In this document: piece after piece, positions 19,793 to 28,240 of the stretch | Position numbering within the stretch: position 1 is the stretch's first letter | Layout: each line of letters opens with the position of its first letter | Origin: Rhodocyclaceae bacterium | Lineage (GTDB): Bacteria > Pseudomonadota > Gammaproteobacteria > Burkholderiales > Rhodocyclaceae | Assembly: GCA_018261935.1 (NCBI GenBank) | Contig: JAGTRP010000014.1 | Span: 27,855 to 91,854, forward strand | Direction of reading: 5' to 3' | Length of the DNA stretch: 64,000 nucleotides | The notes under the pieces: model-generated | What the model was told of the DNA's origin: nothing | Databases searched by the model: none | The model's input: only the letters and a program-made list of their open reading frames with translations | Position numbers and translations under genes: made by a program

Positions 19793-21502
19793 TTAGCCTT
19801 CGAACTGGTTGCTGACGCGCATGGCTTCGCTGATCGTCGTGCGGCCGGCCAGGGCCTGGCGCACCGCATCGCGGCGCAGGGTTTCCCCGCCCATCTGCTG
19901 GCGCGCCGCCTGCATGAAGACGGCGGGATCGCCATGGTTGATGGCCTCCACCACTTTGTCGCTCATTTCCAGGAACTCGTAGACGCCCGTCCGCCCCTGG
20001 TAGCCCGTGTTGGCGCAATGGGAGCAGCCCCGGCCATGGTGGAAGCGATGGGCGTCCGCCTGGTTGCCCAGCTCGAAACGCAACCATTCGTGTTCGTTGG
20101 GGTTGAGGGCATAGGGCTCGCGACAGTTGTCGCAGATCACCCGCACCAGACGCTGGGCCACGACCATGTGCACCGACAGGGCCACCATGTATTTCGGCAC
20201 GCCCATGTCCAGCAGGCGGATGGGGGTGGTGATAGCGTCGTTGGTATGCAGGGTGGACAGCACCAGGTGGCCGGTCATGGCCGCCCGCATGCCGATTTCA
20301 GCCGTTTCCTGGTCGCGCATTTCGCCCACCAGGACAATGTCCGGGTCCTGGCGCAGCACGGTGCGCAGCACCCGGGAGAAGGAGAGGTCGATCTTCTCGT
20401 GGACCTGGACCTGGTTGAGGCCGGCCAGGCGGTATTCCACCGGGTCCTCGACGGTAATGACCTTTTTTTCGGTGCTGTTGAGCTCGTTCAGGGCGGCGTA
20501 GAGGGTGGTGGTCTTGCCCGATCCGGTCGGGCCGGTGACCAGCACCATGCCGCTGGGCCGGGCCAGGGCGTGGCGGAAGCGCTCCAGCACCCGGGGCGGC
20601 ATGCCGACCTTCTCCAGGGCCAGGAGCCCGGTGTTCTGGTTGAGGAGACGCATCACCACCGATTCGCCGAACTGGGTCGGCAAAGTGGAGATACGCACAT
20701 CCACCGGCGCATTCCGGACCCGGATATTGAAGCGCCCGTCCTGGGGCAGGCGCTTTTCGGAAATATCGAGGCCGGACATGAGCTTCAGGCGCAGCGCCGT
20801 GGCGGAGGCGATCTTGGCGTCCGCCTCGGTCTGGACGTGCAACACCCCGTCGATGCGGAAACGGATGCGCAGGGATTTTTCCTGGGGTTCGAAATGGATG
20901 TCGGAAGCCCGAAGGCGCATGGCCTCCTCGAACACCGTGTGGAGGAGCTTGACCACCGGTGCGTCTTCGGCGCCCGGGGTGAGCCCGAGCAGGTCGCCGA
21001 ACTCCACCGGAACGTCGCCCAGTTCCGCCGTGAGCTCCTTGGCCAGGCCGGTAATCTGCTCGCCCCGGTGATAGACCCGGTCCACCATAGCCAGGAGCTG
21101 GCTTTCCGTAACCACCGCCAGGTCGATTTCCTGCTTCACGAGCCGGGTGATCTCGTCGTAGGCCTGCAGGTCGGTGGGGTCGGACAAGGCCACCTGGAGC
21201 GCACCTTCCGGCGTCCGGCCGAGAACCAGGGCCCGATAGCGCCGGGCCGCGGCTTCCGGCAGCAGCTTGATGAGATCCGGCTTGGGATTGAAAGTCTTGA
21301 GATCGATGAAGGGGATGCGCAGCTGCCGCGCCAGGGCCTGGGAGATGCCCTCTTCCGTCACATAGCCGCTATCGACGAAAATGCGGCCGAGCTTGCGGCC
21401 GGTCGCTTTCTGCTGCTGCAATGCGAGACCGAGCTGCTCCTCGGTCAGCAATCCTTGCTGGATGAGCAGGTCGCCCAGACGAACTTTTTGGGGGGGAGCC
21501 AT
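19793..21502 (-). CDS. mshE: MSHA pilus extension ATPase MshE (GspE family) with N-terminal MshEN c-di-GMP-binding domain
   Basis: Walker A GPTGSGKT, Asp box, tetracysteine (CDNC…CSHC). N-terminal tandem 24-residue MshEN motifs RLGDLLIQQGLLTEEQLGLALQQQ and KLGRIFVDSGYVTEEGISQALARQ. Confidence 0.9.
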   Translation of the reverse strand: MAPPQKVRLGDLLIQQGLLTEEQLGLALQQQKATGRKLGRIFVDSGYVTEEGISQALARQLRIPFIDLKTFNPKPDLIKLLPEAAARRYRALVLGRTPEGALQVALSDPTDLQAYDEITRLVKQEIDLAVVTESQLLAMVDRVYHRGEQITGLAKELTAELGDVPVEFGDLLGLTPGAEDAPVVKLLHTVFEEAMRLRASDIHFEPQEKSLRIRFRIDGVLHVQTEADAKIASATALRLKLMSGLDISEKRLPQDGRFNIRVRNAPVDVRISTLPTQFGESVVMRLLNQNTGLLALEKVGMPPRVLERFRHALARPSGMVLVTGPTGSGKTTTLYAALNELNSTEKKVITVEDPVEYRLAGLNQVQVHEKIDLSFSRVLRTVLRQDPDIVLVGEMRDQETAEIGMRAAMTGHLVLSTLHTNDAITTPIRLLDMGVPKYMVALSVHMVVAQRLVRVICDNCREPYALNPNEHEWLRFELGNQADAHRFHHGRGCSHCANTGYQGRTGVYEFLEMSDKVVEAINHGDPAVFMQAARQQMGGETLRRDAVRQALAGRTTISEAMRVSNQFEG

Positions 21503-21594
21503 CCCGATCTCCGACGAAACTTTATGTTTCTAGTTTAATGTTTTGAATTTCTTGATTATTTTTTTACGTTACGCCTTTTTGCCTAGCCTGACAA
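21503..21594. promoter_or_regulatory. AT-rich divergent promoter region (mshE / trmL)
   Basis: 92-bp gap. It contains a roughly 60-bp stretch of much lower GC than the surroundings (ctttatgtttctagtttaatgttttgaatttcttgattattttttt). No confident -35/-10 assignment. Confidence 0.3.
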
Positions 21595-22059
21595 GTGTTC
21601 GCCGTCGTCCTATTCCAGCCTGAAATTCCGCCCAATACGGGCAATATCATCCGGCTCTGCGCCAACACCGGCGCCGAGCTGCATCTCATCGAACCCCTCG
21701 GTTTCGACTTCACCGACCGGGCCCTGCGGCGCGCCGGCCTCGACTACCACGAATACGCCCGGGTCATCCGCCATGCCGACTGGCCGGCGGGCAAGGTCGC
21801 ATTGGCCGGACGCCGCCTGTTCGCCATGTCCACCAAGGGGAAAGGGAGCCCGTTTTCCACCGAGCTGAAAGCCGGAGACGTTTTCGTCTTCGGCCGTGAA
21901 ACCAGCGGCCTGCCGTCCGAGGTGCTGGCGGAATTCGCGCCGGAACGGCGCCTGCGGCTGCCCATGCTGGCGGGCCAGCGCAGCCTCAACCTCTCCAATG
22001 CTGCGGCGGTCACCGTCTTCGAAGCCTGGCGGCAAACCGGCTTTGGCGGCAGCCTTTAG
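21595..22059 (+). CDS. trmL: tRNA (cytidine/uridine-2'-O-)-methyltransferase TrmL (SpoU family)
   Basis: GTG start. Sequence [36 protein letters not shown] … [17 protein letters not shown]. Confidence 0.85.
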   Translation: MFAVVLFQPEIPPNTGNIIRLCANTGAELHLIEPLGFDFTDRALRRAGLDYHEYARVIRHADWPAGKVALAGRRLFAMSTKGKGSPFSTELKAGDVFVFGRETSGLPSEVLAEFAPERRLRLPMLAGQRSLNLSNAAAVTVFEAWRQTGFGGSL

Positions 22060-23048
22060 GCGACTTCTTCCTTCGGATCCCGGGCCAGCAGGCCTTCCAG
22101 GGCCTGCCGCGCCGACATCTGCCCCTCCAGCACGGCAGCCACGGCCGTGGAAATGGGCATGTCGATATTGAGCGTGCGAGCCAGCCGATCCACTTCCCGG
22201 GCCGTGTAGACGCCTTCCGCCACATGCCCGAGCTCTTCGAGAATCTGCGCCAGGGACTTGCCCTGCGCCAGGCCGAGGCCGACCCGCCGGTTGCGGGACA
22301 GGTCGCCGGTACACGTGAGGATCAGGTCCCCCATGCCGGCCAGGCCCATGAAGGTATCGCGGTGCGCCCCGAGGGCGAGCCCCAGGCGGGCGATTTCGGC
22401 CAGCCCCCGGGTGATGAGGGCCGCCCGGGAGTTGAGGCCGAGGCCGAGACCGTCGCAGACCCCGGTGGCGATGGCGAGGACATTCTTGACCGCCCCGCCG
22501 ACCTCGACGCCCACCAGGTCATCGTTGGCATAGATGCGCAGGCGTCCGTAATGGAGCTCCCGCGCCATGCGGCGGGCGAAATCCGGGTCGTTGGCCGCCA
22601 GGGCCACCGCTGTCGGCTGGCCGGCCGCCACCTCCTCGGCGAAACTGGGACCGGAGAGCGCCCCATAGACGCCCTTGCCCTCGCCCAGCACCTCCTTCGC
22701 CACCTGGTGCGGCAGAAGGCCGCTGCCGGCCTCGAAACCCTTGCATACCCAGAGGAAGGGAACGGCAACGCCGAGATCCCTCACCGCCTCGATGGTCGAA
22801 CGCAGGCCGGCCAGGGGCGTTGCCACCACCAGGAGATCGGCGCTGCGAACTGCGGCGGCGAAATCCGTGGCAATGGCGATATTCTCGGGCAGCCGATGGC
22901 CGGGCAGGAACCGCCGGTTCTCCCGGCAAGCGGCGAGATCGGCGGCGACATCCGCCTCCCGGGTCCACAGGGTCACTTCGTGCTTGCCCGCGAAGGCGAT
23001 CGCCAGCGCCGTTCCCCAGGCGCCTGCAGCCAGGACGGTCAGTTTCAT
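22056..23048 (-). CDS. gpsA: NAD(P)H-dependent glycerol-3-phosphate dehydrogenase
   Basis: ATG at 23048 ([16 protein letters not shown], a Rossmann GxGxxG motif) overlaps the upstream stop (ATGA). GpsA-like throughout. Confidence 0.9.
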   Translation of the reverse strand: MKLTVLAAGAWGTALAIAFAGKHEVTLWTREADVAADLAACRENRRFLPGHRLPENIAIATDFAAAVRSADLLVVATPLAGLRSTIEAVRDLGVAVPFLWVCKGFEAGSGLLPHQVAKEVLGEGKGVYGALSGPSFAEEVAAGQPTAVALAANDPDFARRMARELHYGRLRIYANDDLVGVEVGGAVKNVLAIATGVCDGLGLGLNSRAALITRGLAEIARLGLALGAHRDTFMGLAGMGDLILTCTGDLSRNRRVGLGLAQGKSLAQILEELGHVAEGVYTAREVDRLARTLNIDMPISTAVAAVLEGQMSARQALEGLLARDPKEEVA

Positions 23049-23488
23049 AGGCCCCAGACCTGGATCGTCTTGATGAACCCGGTGCTGCCGTCCCGATGCC
23101 GGACTTTCACCCAGCCGGGGGACGCCGGACCCAGCAGATCCAGGGCCACCCATTTCTCCGCCACGAAGGCGACGGGAGCATCCGGCTGATCCGCCTGGAA
23201 AATCTCGGCCCGGGAAGCGGTAACGACCACCGTGCGCCGCTCTGCCAACTGCCGGCTCTCGATCCAGGCCAGGGTGCCTTCAGCATCGCGCACCTTGGCC
23301 CAGCCCTCGAGCCGGACCACCAGTTCAACCGGCGTGTAGCGCTTGACCAGGTAAAGCTGCTTGCCCTTCTGCGACGGCGAATCGTAAAGGATGGCGACGG
23401 GCGCCTCCACCGAACGATAGTCCAGGGCTTGGGCCGGCAACGCGCAAACAGCCGCTGCCAGGATGAGGAGCCGCCGCAGTATTGCCAT
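23045..23488 (-). CDS. secreted SH3-like domain protein
   Basis: Signal peptide [21 protein letters not shown]. Two SH3_3-like segments (…[26 protein letters not shown]… / …[15 protein letters not shown]…). Confidence 0.5.
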   Translation of the reverse strand: MAILRRLLILAAAVCALPAQALDYRSVEAPVAILYDSPSQKGKQLYLVKRYTPVELVVRLEGWAKVRDAEGTLAWIESRQLAERRTVVVTASRAEIFQADQPDAPVAFVAEKWVALDLLGPASPGWVKVRHRDGSTGFIKTIQVWGL

Positions 23489-23952
23489 TACTGGAGGGGA
23501 GCCTGCTGGGCGCCGCCTGCCTGTTGCTGCTGCTCGAGGCGAGCCATGTACATGGCTTCGAAGTTGACCGGCTGCAGCACGATGGGCGAGAAGCCGGCAC
23601 GGGTGACGGCATCGGCCACCACTTCCCGGGCGTAGGGGAAGAGGATGTTGGGGCAGGCGACGGCCACCAGGGGCTCGATCTGCTCATCCGGCACATTGGC
23701 GATGCGGAAGACGCCACCCTGGCCCACTTCCACCAGGAAAACGGTCTTGTCTTCGACCTTGGCAGTGACGGTGACGGTCAGCACCACCTCGAACACGCCT
23801 TCCCCTACGCCCCGGCCTTCGGTATTGAGCTGGATTTCCACCTGGGGCGCTTCCCGCTCCAGGAAGATTTCCGGCGCATGGGGAACCTCGACGGAAAGAT
23901 CCTTGATATAGATTTTTTCGATGCTGAAGCTCGGCTCGGCGTTCTGTTCCAT
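23488..23952 (-). CDS. secB: protein-export chaperone SecB
   Basis: PSFSIEKIYIKDLSVEVPHAPEIFL … CPNILFPYAREVVADAVTRAGFSPIVLQPVNFEAMY. Confidence 0.9.
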   Translation of the reverse strand: MEQNAEPSFSIEKIYIKDLSVEVPHAPEIFLEREAPQVEIQLNTEGRGVGEGVFEVVLTVTVTAKVEDKTVFLVEVGQGGVFRIANVPDEQIEPLVAVACPNILFPYAREVVADAVTRAGFSPIVLQPVNFEAMYMARLEQQQQAGGAQQAPLQ

Positions 23953-23977
23953 TATTGTCTTTCAGGTTGTAGTTCGA

Positions 23978-24241
23978 TTAGGCGCCCGCCAGCAGCGGCA
24001 CCAGCTTGCCGGCTGCATCGAGGGCATAGAGGTCGTCGCAACCGCCGACATGGGTTTCGCCGATGAATATCTGGGGCACGGTGCGGCGCTGGGTCGTCCG
24101 CATCATTTCCTCCCGCTGTTCGGGCTGGAGATCGACGCGAATCTCCTCGATGTCGATGACACCGCGCGCCGTGAGCAATTGCTTGGCGCGGACGCAATAG
24201 GGGCAGACGGCCGTCGTATACATGCGGACAGGGGCAGTCAC
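23978..24241 (-). CDS. grxC: glutaredoxin 3
   Basis: Active site CPYC and TVPQIFIGETHVGGCDDL. The GTG start overlaps the rhodanese stop (GTGA). Confidence 0.85.
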   Translation of the reverse strand: MTAPVRMYTTAVCPYCVRAKQLLTARGVIDIEEIRVDLQPEQREEMMRTTQRRTVPQIFIGETHVGGCDDLYALDAAGKLVPLLAGA

Positions 24242-24654
24242 TTGCGCCCCCCCTTCTTGACCGGCAGCCCGGCTTGGCGCCAGGCCTCGATGCCGCCGGC
24301 GAGGCTGTGGAGGCTGATGAAGCCGAGCTTCTTCAGTTCACCGCAGGCCTTCATGGAACGCATGCCGGAAGCACAGCAGAGGATGAGGGGCTTGTCCTTG
24401 AACTTCTCGATTTCGCCGGCCCGGTCGGCGATCTTGCCGACGGGAATGTTGCGGGCTTCCGGCAGGTGGCCGGCAGCGAATTCGTCGGGCTCCCGGACAT
24501 CGATCACCAGGGCGTCCTGGCGATTGATGAGGAGGGTGGCCTCGGCGGGATTGACCTCGGCCGCGCCGGAACGGCGAAAATACGGCCAAAGCAGGCTCAG
24601 GCCACTGACGGCGGCGATGGCGATGAGCAGGATATTCTGGTTTACAAACTCCAT
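24238..24654 (-). CDS. membrane-anchored rhodanese-like sulfurtransferase (YibN-like)
   Basis: ATG at 24654. N-terminal TM segment (NILLIAIAAVSGLSLLWPYF). Rhodanese active-site loop CCASGMRS. The 284-aa track ORF is a 5' extension over arsR in another frame. Confidence 0.8.
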   Translation of the reverse strand: MEFVNQNILLIAIAAVSGLSLLWPYFRRSGAAEVNPAEATLLINRQDALVIDVREPDEFAAGHLPEARNIPVGKIADRAGEIEKFKDKPLILCCASGMRSMKACGELKKLGFISLHSLAGGIEAWRQAGLPVKKGGRK

Positions 24655-24662
24655 TGGTTTCC

Positions 24663-24983
24663 TCAGTTGATCGGCATGCTGCAAAAAACCTCCCGCATCA
24701 TGCCGATGAGCTGGAGGGTGCGGGCGTCGCCGACACGGTAATAGACACGATTCGCGTCCTTGCGGGTGAGCAGGACCCCCTTCTCGCGCAAGATGGCGAG
24801 ATGCTGGGAGATGTTGCTCTGGGAAGTACCTACCGCATCCACGACTTCCTGGACGCAGGCTTCCTGCTCCCCGATCACGCAAAGGATCTTCAGTCGCAGG
24901 GGATGGGCGATCGCTTTCAAGGCGCGCGCAGCGACTTCGATATGCTCTTGCTTTTCTATGAGATTGAACGCGGGGGCGTCCAC
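24663..24983 (-). CDS. ArsR/SmtB family transcriptional regulator
   Basis: Winged-HTH signature LKAIAHPLRLKILCVIGEQEACVQEVVDAVGTSQSNISQHLAILREKGVL…RVYYRV. Cys35, Cys43 and Cys102. Confidence 0.8.
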   Translation of the reverse strand: MDAPAFNLIEKQEHIEVAARALKAIAHPLRLKILCVIGEQEACVQEVVDAVGTSQSNISQHLAILREKGVLLTRKDANRVYYRVGDARTLQLIGMMREVFCSMPIN

Positions 24984-25107
24984 GGCGAAATCCTCGTCCT
25001 GAATGAATGGCCATTATAAAATAGCAGATTGTTTTTTCGCAGGCTCTAATTAGCTGCCGGAGCAGTTGCAGATCAAGCCAAGGCCAAGTCATCCTTCCCG
25101 ACCCGGA

Positions 25108-26379
25108 ATGCTGGGGGCAGCCCTCCTGGGCGCTGCCCTGTTGCTGCCGCTGCCCGCTTTCAGCGCCCGGAAGCCGCCCGTGCCTGAAATCGCCGGCAAG
25201 GAAGCAGATCTACAGGAACTGCGCAGCCGCATCGAGGGATTGCGCCGGGAACTGGCGGAAAGCGAGAGCAACAAATCCGAAGCCAGCGACCGGCTGCGCG
25301 AGTCGGAGAGGCAGATTTCCAGCCTGCAGCGGGAACTGCACGCCCTGGCCGAGCAGCGCAGCAGGCTGCAGCAGACCCTCGCCGAACTGGCCCGCCAGTC
25401 GGGCCAGTTGGAAAACACCTTCCTGCAGCAGCAGGGACAGCTGGAGAAGCTCATTTACCGGCAGTACCTGCAGGCCACGCCGGATTCGCTGCAGTTGCTG
25501 CTCAACGGCAGCGACCCCAATCAGATCGCCCGGGACCTCCATTACCTGTCGGCCATCGCCCGGGCCCGGGCGGACATGCAACGGGAGATCCGCGCCACCC
25601 TGGACAAGAAGCGCGCCCTGGCCGCCGACACCAGGGAAAGGGCCGACGAACTGGCGGAAGTGGAGGCAGAACAAAAGCAGCGGCACGCCCAGCTGTCCCA
25701 CCAGCGGGAGGAGCGCAAAGCCCTGCTGTCCAGGATTTCCGACCGGGTCAACAGCCAGCGCAAGGAAATCGGCAACCTGCAGCAGAACGAGAAACGCCTC
25801 TCCCTGCTCATCGAGCGGCTGGCGAAGTTCCTGGCGGCCCAGGCGGCCAAGCCCCGGCCCAAACCGGCTGCTGCACCGGCTTCAGGCGAACCGGCACAGG
25901 CAGGAAACAAATCCATCGAACCAGCGCGGCCGAAAGCTGTCGAAGTGGTCGAGAATCGTTTTGACCCGGAGACAAGCAGCGCCCAGTTCGCCAAGCTAAA
26001 GGGTAGCCTGCGGCTGCCGGCACGAGGCTCGGTAGCCGGTCGATACGGCATGCCACGGGAAGGGGGAGGCAGCTGGAAAGGCTTGTTCATCCGGGCCGGC
26101 AGCGGCAGCGACGTCAAGGCGGTCGCCGGCGGCCGGGTGGTGTTTGCGGAATGGATGCGCGGATTCGGGAATCTCCTCATCATTGACCATGGCGATGCCT
26201 ACTTGTCGATCTACGGTAATAATGATTCACTGCTCAAACAGGTGGGCGAAGCAGTCAAGGGCGGTGAGAAGGTGGCCACCGTCGGCAACAGCGGGGGCAA
26301 CCCTGAATCCGGTTTATACTTTGAGCTCCGTCACCAGGGGCAACCGATCGATCCCATGAAATGGGCCAGTGTGAAATGA
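25108..26379 (+). CDS. envC: murein hydrolase activator EnvC-like (coiled coil + M23/LytM domain)
   Basis: ATG at 25108 gives the signal peptide MLGAALLGAALLLPLPAFSA (TTG at 25066 possible). Long coiled coil. C-terminal LytM domain (…GLFIRAGSGSDVKAVAGGRVVFAEWMRGFGNLLIIDHG…). Confidence 0.8.
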   Translation: MLGAALLGAALLLPLPAFSARKPPVPEIAGKEADLQELRSRIEGLRRELAESESNKSEASDRLRESERQISSLQRELHALAEQRSRLQQTLAELARQSGQLENTFLQQQGQLEKLIYRQYLQATPDSLQLLLNGSDPNQIARDLHYLSAIARARADMQREIRATLDKKRALAADTRERADELAEVEAEQKQRHAQLSHQREERKALLSRISDRVNSQRKEIGNLQQNEKRLSLLIERLAKFLAAQAAKPRPKPAAAPASGEPAQAGNKSIEPARPKAVEVVENRFDPETSSAQFAKLKGSLRLPARGSVAGRYGMPREGGGSWKGLFIRAGSGSDVKAVAGGRVVFAEWMRGFGNLLIIDHGDAYLSIYGNNDSLLKQVGEAVKGGEKVATVGNSGGNPESGLYFELRHQGQPIDPMKWASVK

Positions 26380-27812
26380 GTAAAGTCAGAAATATCAGTT
26401 TGGCATTGGGCGGCTTTGTCGCCGGCGCCCTCATCACCCTTCAGATCCCGGCCCTGGCCGAGAAGGACACCAAGCCCAGCCTGCCGATCGAAGAGTTGCG
26501 CACCTTCGCCGAGGTCTATAACGCCATCAAGCAGGGCTACGTCGAGCCTGTCGATGACAAGAAGATGATCGCCAATGCGATCTCCGGCCTCCTGTCCAAC
26601 CTGGACCCCCACTCGGCCTATCTCGACACCGACGCCTTCAAGGATCTGCGGGCCGGCACCCAGGGCGAGTTCGGCGGCCTCGGTATCGAAGTCGGCATGG
26701 AAGACGGACTGGTCAAGGTCGTCTCGCCCATCGAGGATACCCCTGCTTTCCGCGCCGGACTGAAGGCCGGCGACCTGATCTTTAAGCTCGACGACACGCC
26801 GGTGAAGGGCCTGACCCTGAACGACGCGGTCAAGAAGATGCGGGGCAAGCCCAAGACCCCCATCCGTATTTCCCTCATCCGCAAGGGCGAGAACAAGCCC
26901 ATCGAGGTGACCCTGGTGCGCGAAGTCATCAAGGTCCAGAGCGTCAAGTCCAAACTGGTGGAACCCGGCTACGGCTGGCTGCGCATTACCCAGTTCCAGG
27001 AAAATACCGGCGACAACATGGTCAAGCACCTGAATGACCTGACCAAGCAAGGCCCCCTGAAAGGCCTCGTGCTCGATCTCCGGAATGACCCGGGCGGCCT
27101 GCTGAACGGCGCCATCGGCGTCTCTGCCGCCTTCCTGCCGCCCAATACCAAGGTTGTATCCACCGATGGCCGCACCGAGGATGCCAAGCAGGAATTCCTG
27201 GCCCGGCCGGCCGACTACCTGCGGGGCAGCAAGGACGACTACCTCAAGAGCCTGCCCGCGTCCATCAAGACGGTGCCGATGGTCGTCCTGGTCAACAGCG
27301 GCTCGGCCTCGGCCTCGGAAATCGTCGCCGGCGCCCTCCAGGATCACAAGCGGGCTGTCATCATGGGCACCCAGACTTTCGGGAAAGGGTCCGTGCAAAC
27401 CGTGCTGCCGCTGCCGGGCAGCGCGGCCATCAAGCTCACCACCGCCCGCTACTACACCCCCAGCGGACGCTCCATCCAGGCCAAGGGCATCGTGCCCGAC
27501 ATCGTCGTTGAGGAAACGCCCGACGGCGCACCCGGCACCCATATCCGGGAGGCCGATCTCGAGCGCCACCTGATCAACGACAAGGACACCGCAGCAGGCC
27601 ACGATGCGGTCAAGGATGCTGCCAAGATCGACGCCGTCAAGCCGCAGCCCAAGGCTCCGGCCCCCGCCAAGCCCAAGGGCAAGGACTCAAAGGACGGAGC
27701 CGACGAGGACCCGCTGGCGCGCATCGAGTATGCCGGCAAGAACGATCGCCAGTTCGCCCAGGCGCTGAACCTTCTTAAGGGCATGCAGATCATGCAGAGC
27801 AAGGTTCAGTAA
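26376..27812 (+). CDS. ctpA: carboxy-terminal processing peptidase (S41A)
   Basis: ATG at 26376 overlaps the envC stop (ATGA). PDZ segment (GGLGIEVGMEDGLVKVVSPIEDTPAFRAGLKAGD). S41 core (LDLRNDPGGLL … SASASEIVAGALQD … TFGKGSVQ). Confidence 0.9.
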   Translation: MSKVRNISLALGGFVAGALITLQIPALAEKDTKPSLPIEELRTFAEVYNAIKQGYVEPVDDKKMIANAISGLLSNLDPHSAYLDTDAFKDLRAGTQGEFGGLGIEVGMEDGLVKVVSPIEDTPAFRAGLKAGDLIFKLDDTPVKGLTLNDAVKKMRGKPKTPIRISLIRKGENKPIEVTLVREVIKVQSVKSKLVEPGYGWLRITQFQENTGDNMVKHLNDLTKQGPLKGLVLDLRNDPGGLLNGAIGVSAAFLPPNTKVVSTDGRTEDAKQEFLARPADYLRGSKDDYLKSLPASIKTVPMVVLVNSGSASASEIVAGALQDHKRAVIMGTQTFGKGSVQTVLPLPGSAAIKLTTARYYTPSGRSIQAKGIVPDIVVEETPDGAPGTHIREADLERHLINDKDTAAGHDAVKDAAKIDAVKPQPKAPAPAKPKGKDSKDGADEDPLARIEYAGKNDRQFAQALNLLKGMQIMQSKVQ

Positions 27813-27838
27813 CAGGGCTCACCGAGGGAGGGAGAATT

Positions 27839-28240
27839 ATGGGCGGCCCCGATCTGAAGAAAAGACGCGACATCCTGTTCTCCAAGTTTCCGCCCGGGCA
27901 GGTACCGGAAGCAGCGGACCACCTGCAGCGCCTGGACGAGGTGGATGTCCAGCCGAAACATGAAAAAAGGACGGTGGGGGTCGGTTACGAGCTGACCCAA
28001 CACACCTTGCAAGAACTGGAAGAGCACCTGCTGGACCGGGGCTATCATCTCGACAACACCCTGATGAGCAAGCTGACGCGGGCCCTGGTCTATTACGTCG
28101 AGAATACCCAGCTCCATAACCTGGATGCCCCGGAAAGGCGTATCAAGCGCTCTTCCCAGGAGGCCTACGTCAAGGCCTGGGAAAGCCATCTTCACGGTGA
28201 CCACGACGATACTCCGCCGGAGTGGCGCGAGTACAAGTGA
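27839..28240 (+). CDS. hypothetical protein (133 aa), translationally coupled to moeB
   Basis: Strong SD GAGGGAGGGAG 5 nt upstream of the ATG. Codon usage like its neighbours. Stop overlaps the moeB GTG (GTGA). No family recognised. Confidence 0.6.
   Translation: MGGPDLKKRRDILFSKFPPGQVPEAADHLQRLDEVDVQPKHEKRTVGVGYELTQHTLQELEEHLLDRGYHLDNTLMSKLTRALVYYVENTQLHNLDAPERRIKRSSQEAYVKAWESHLHGDHDDTPPEWREYK

Noticed and set aside
18536-21538. 1000-aa plus-strand ORF opposite mshG/mshE.
   Set aside because: Same codon-aligned antisense artefact. mshE and mshG share the frame, and the translation is Gly/Ala/His/Asp/Glu-rich low complexity. The real genes on the minus strand have Walker and GspF signatures.
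24238-25092. 284-aa ORF covering both the rhodanese and the arsR region.
   Set aside because: The upstream 145 aa are an alternative frame of the ArsR regulator gene and of the promoter region. The ATG at 24654 gives a standard TM-plus-rhodanese protein.
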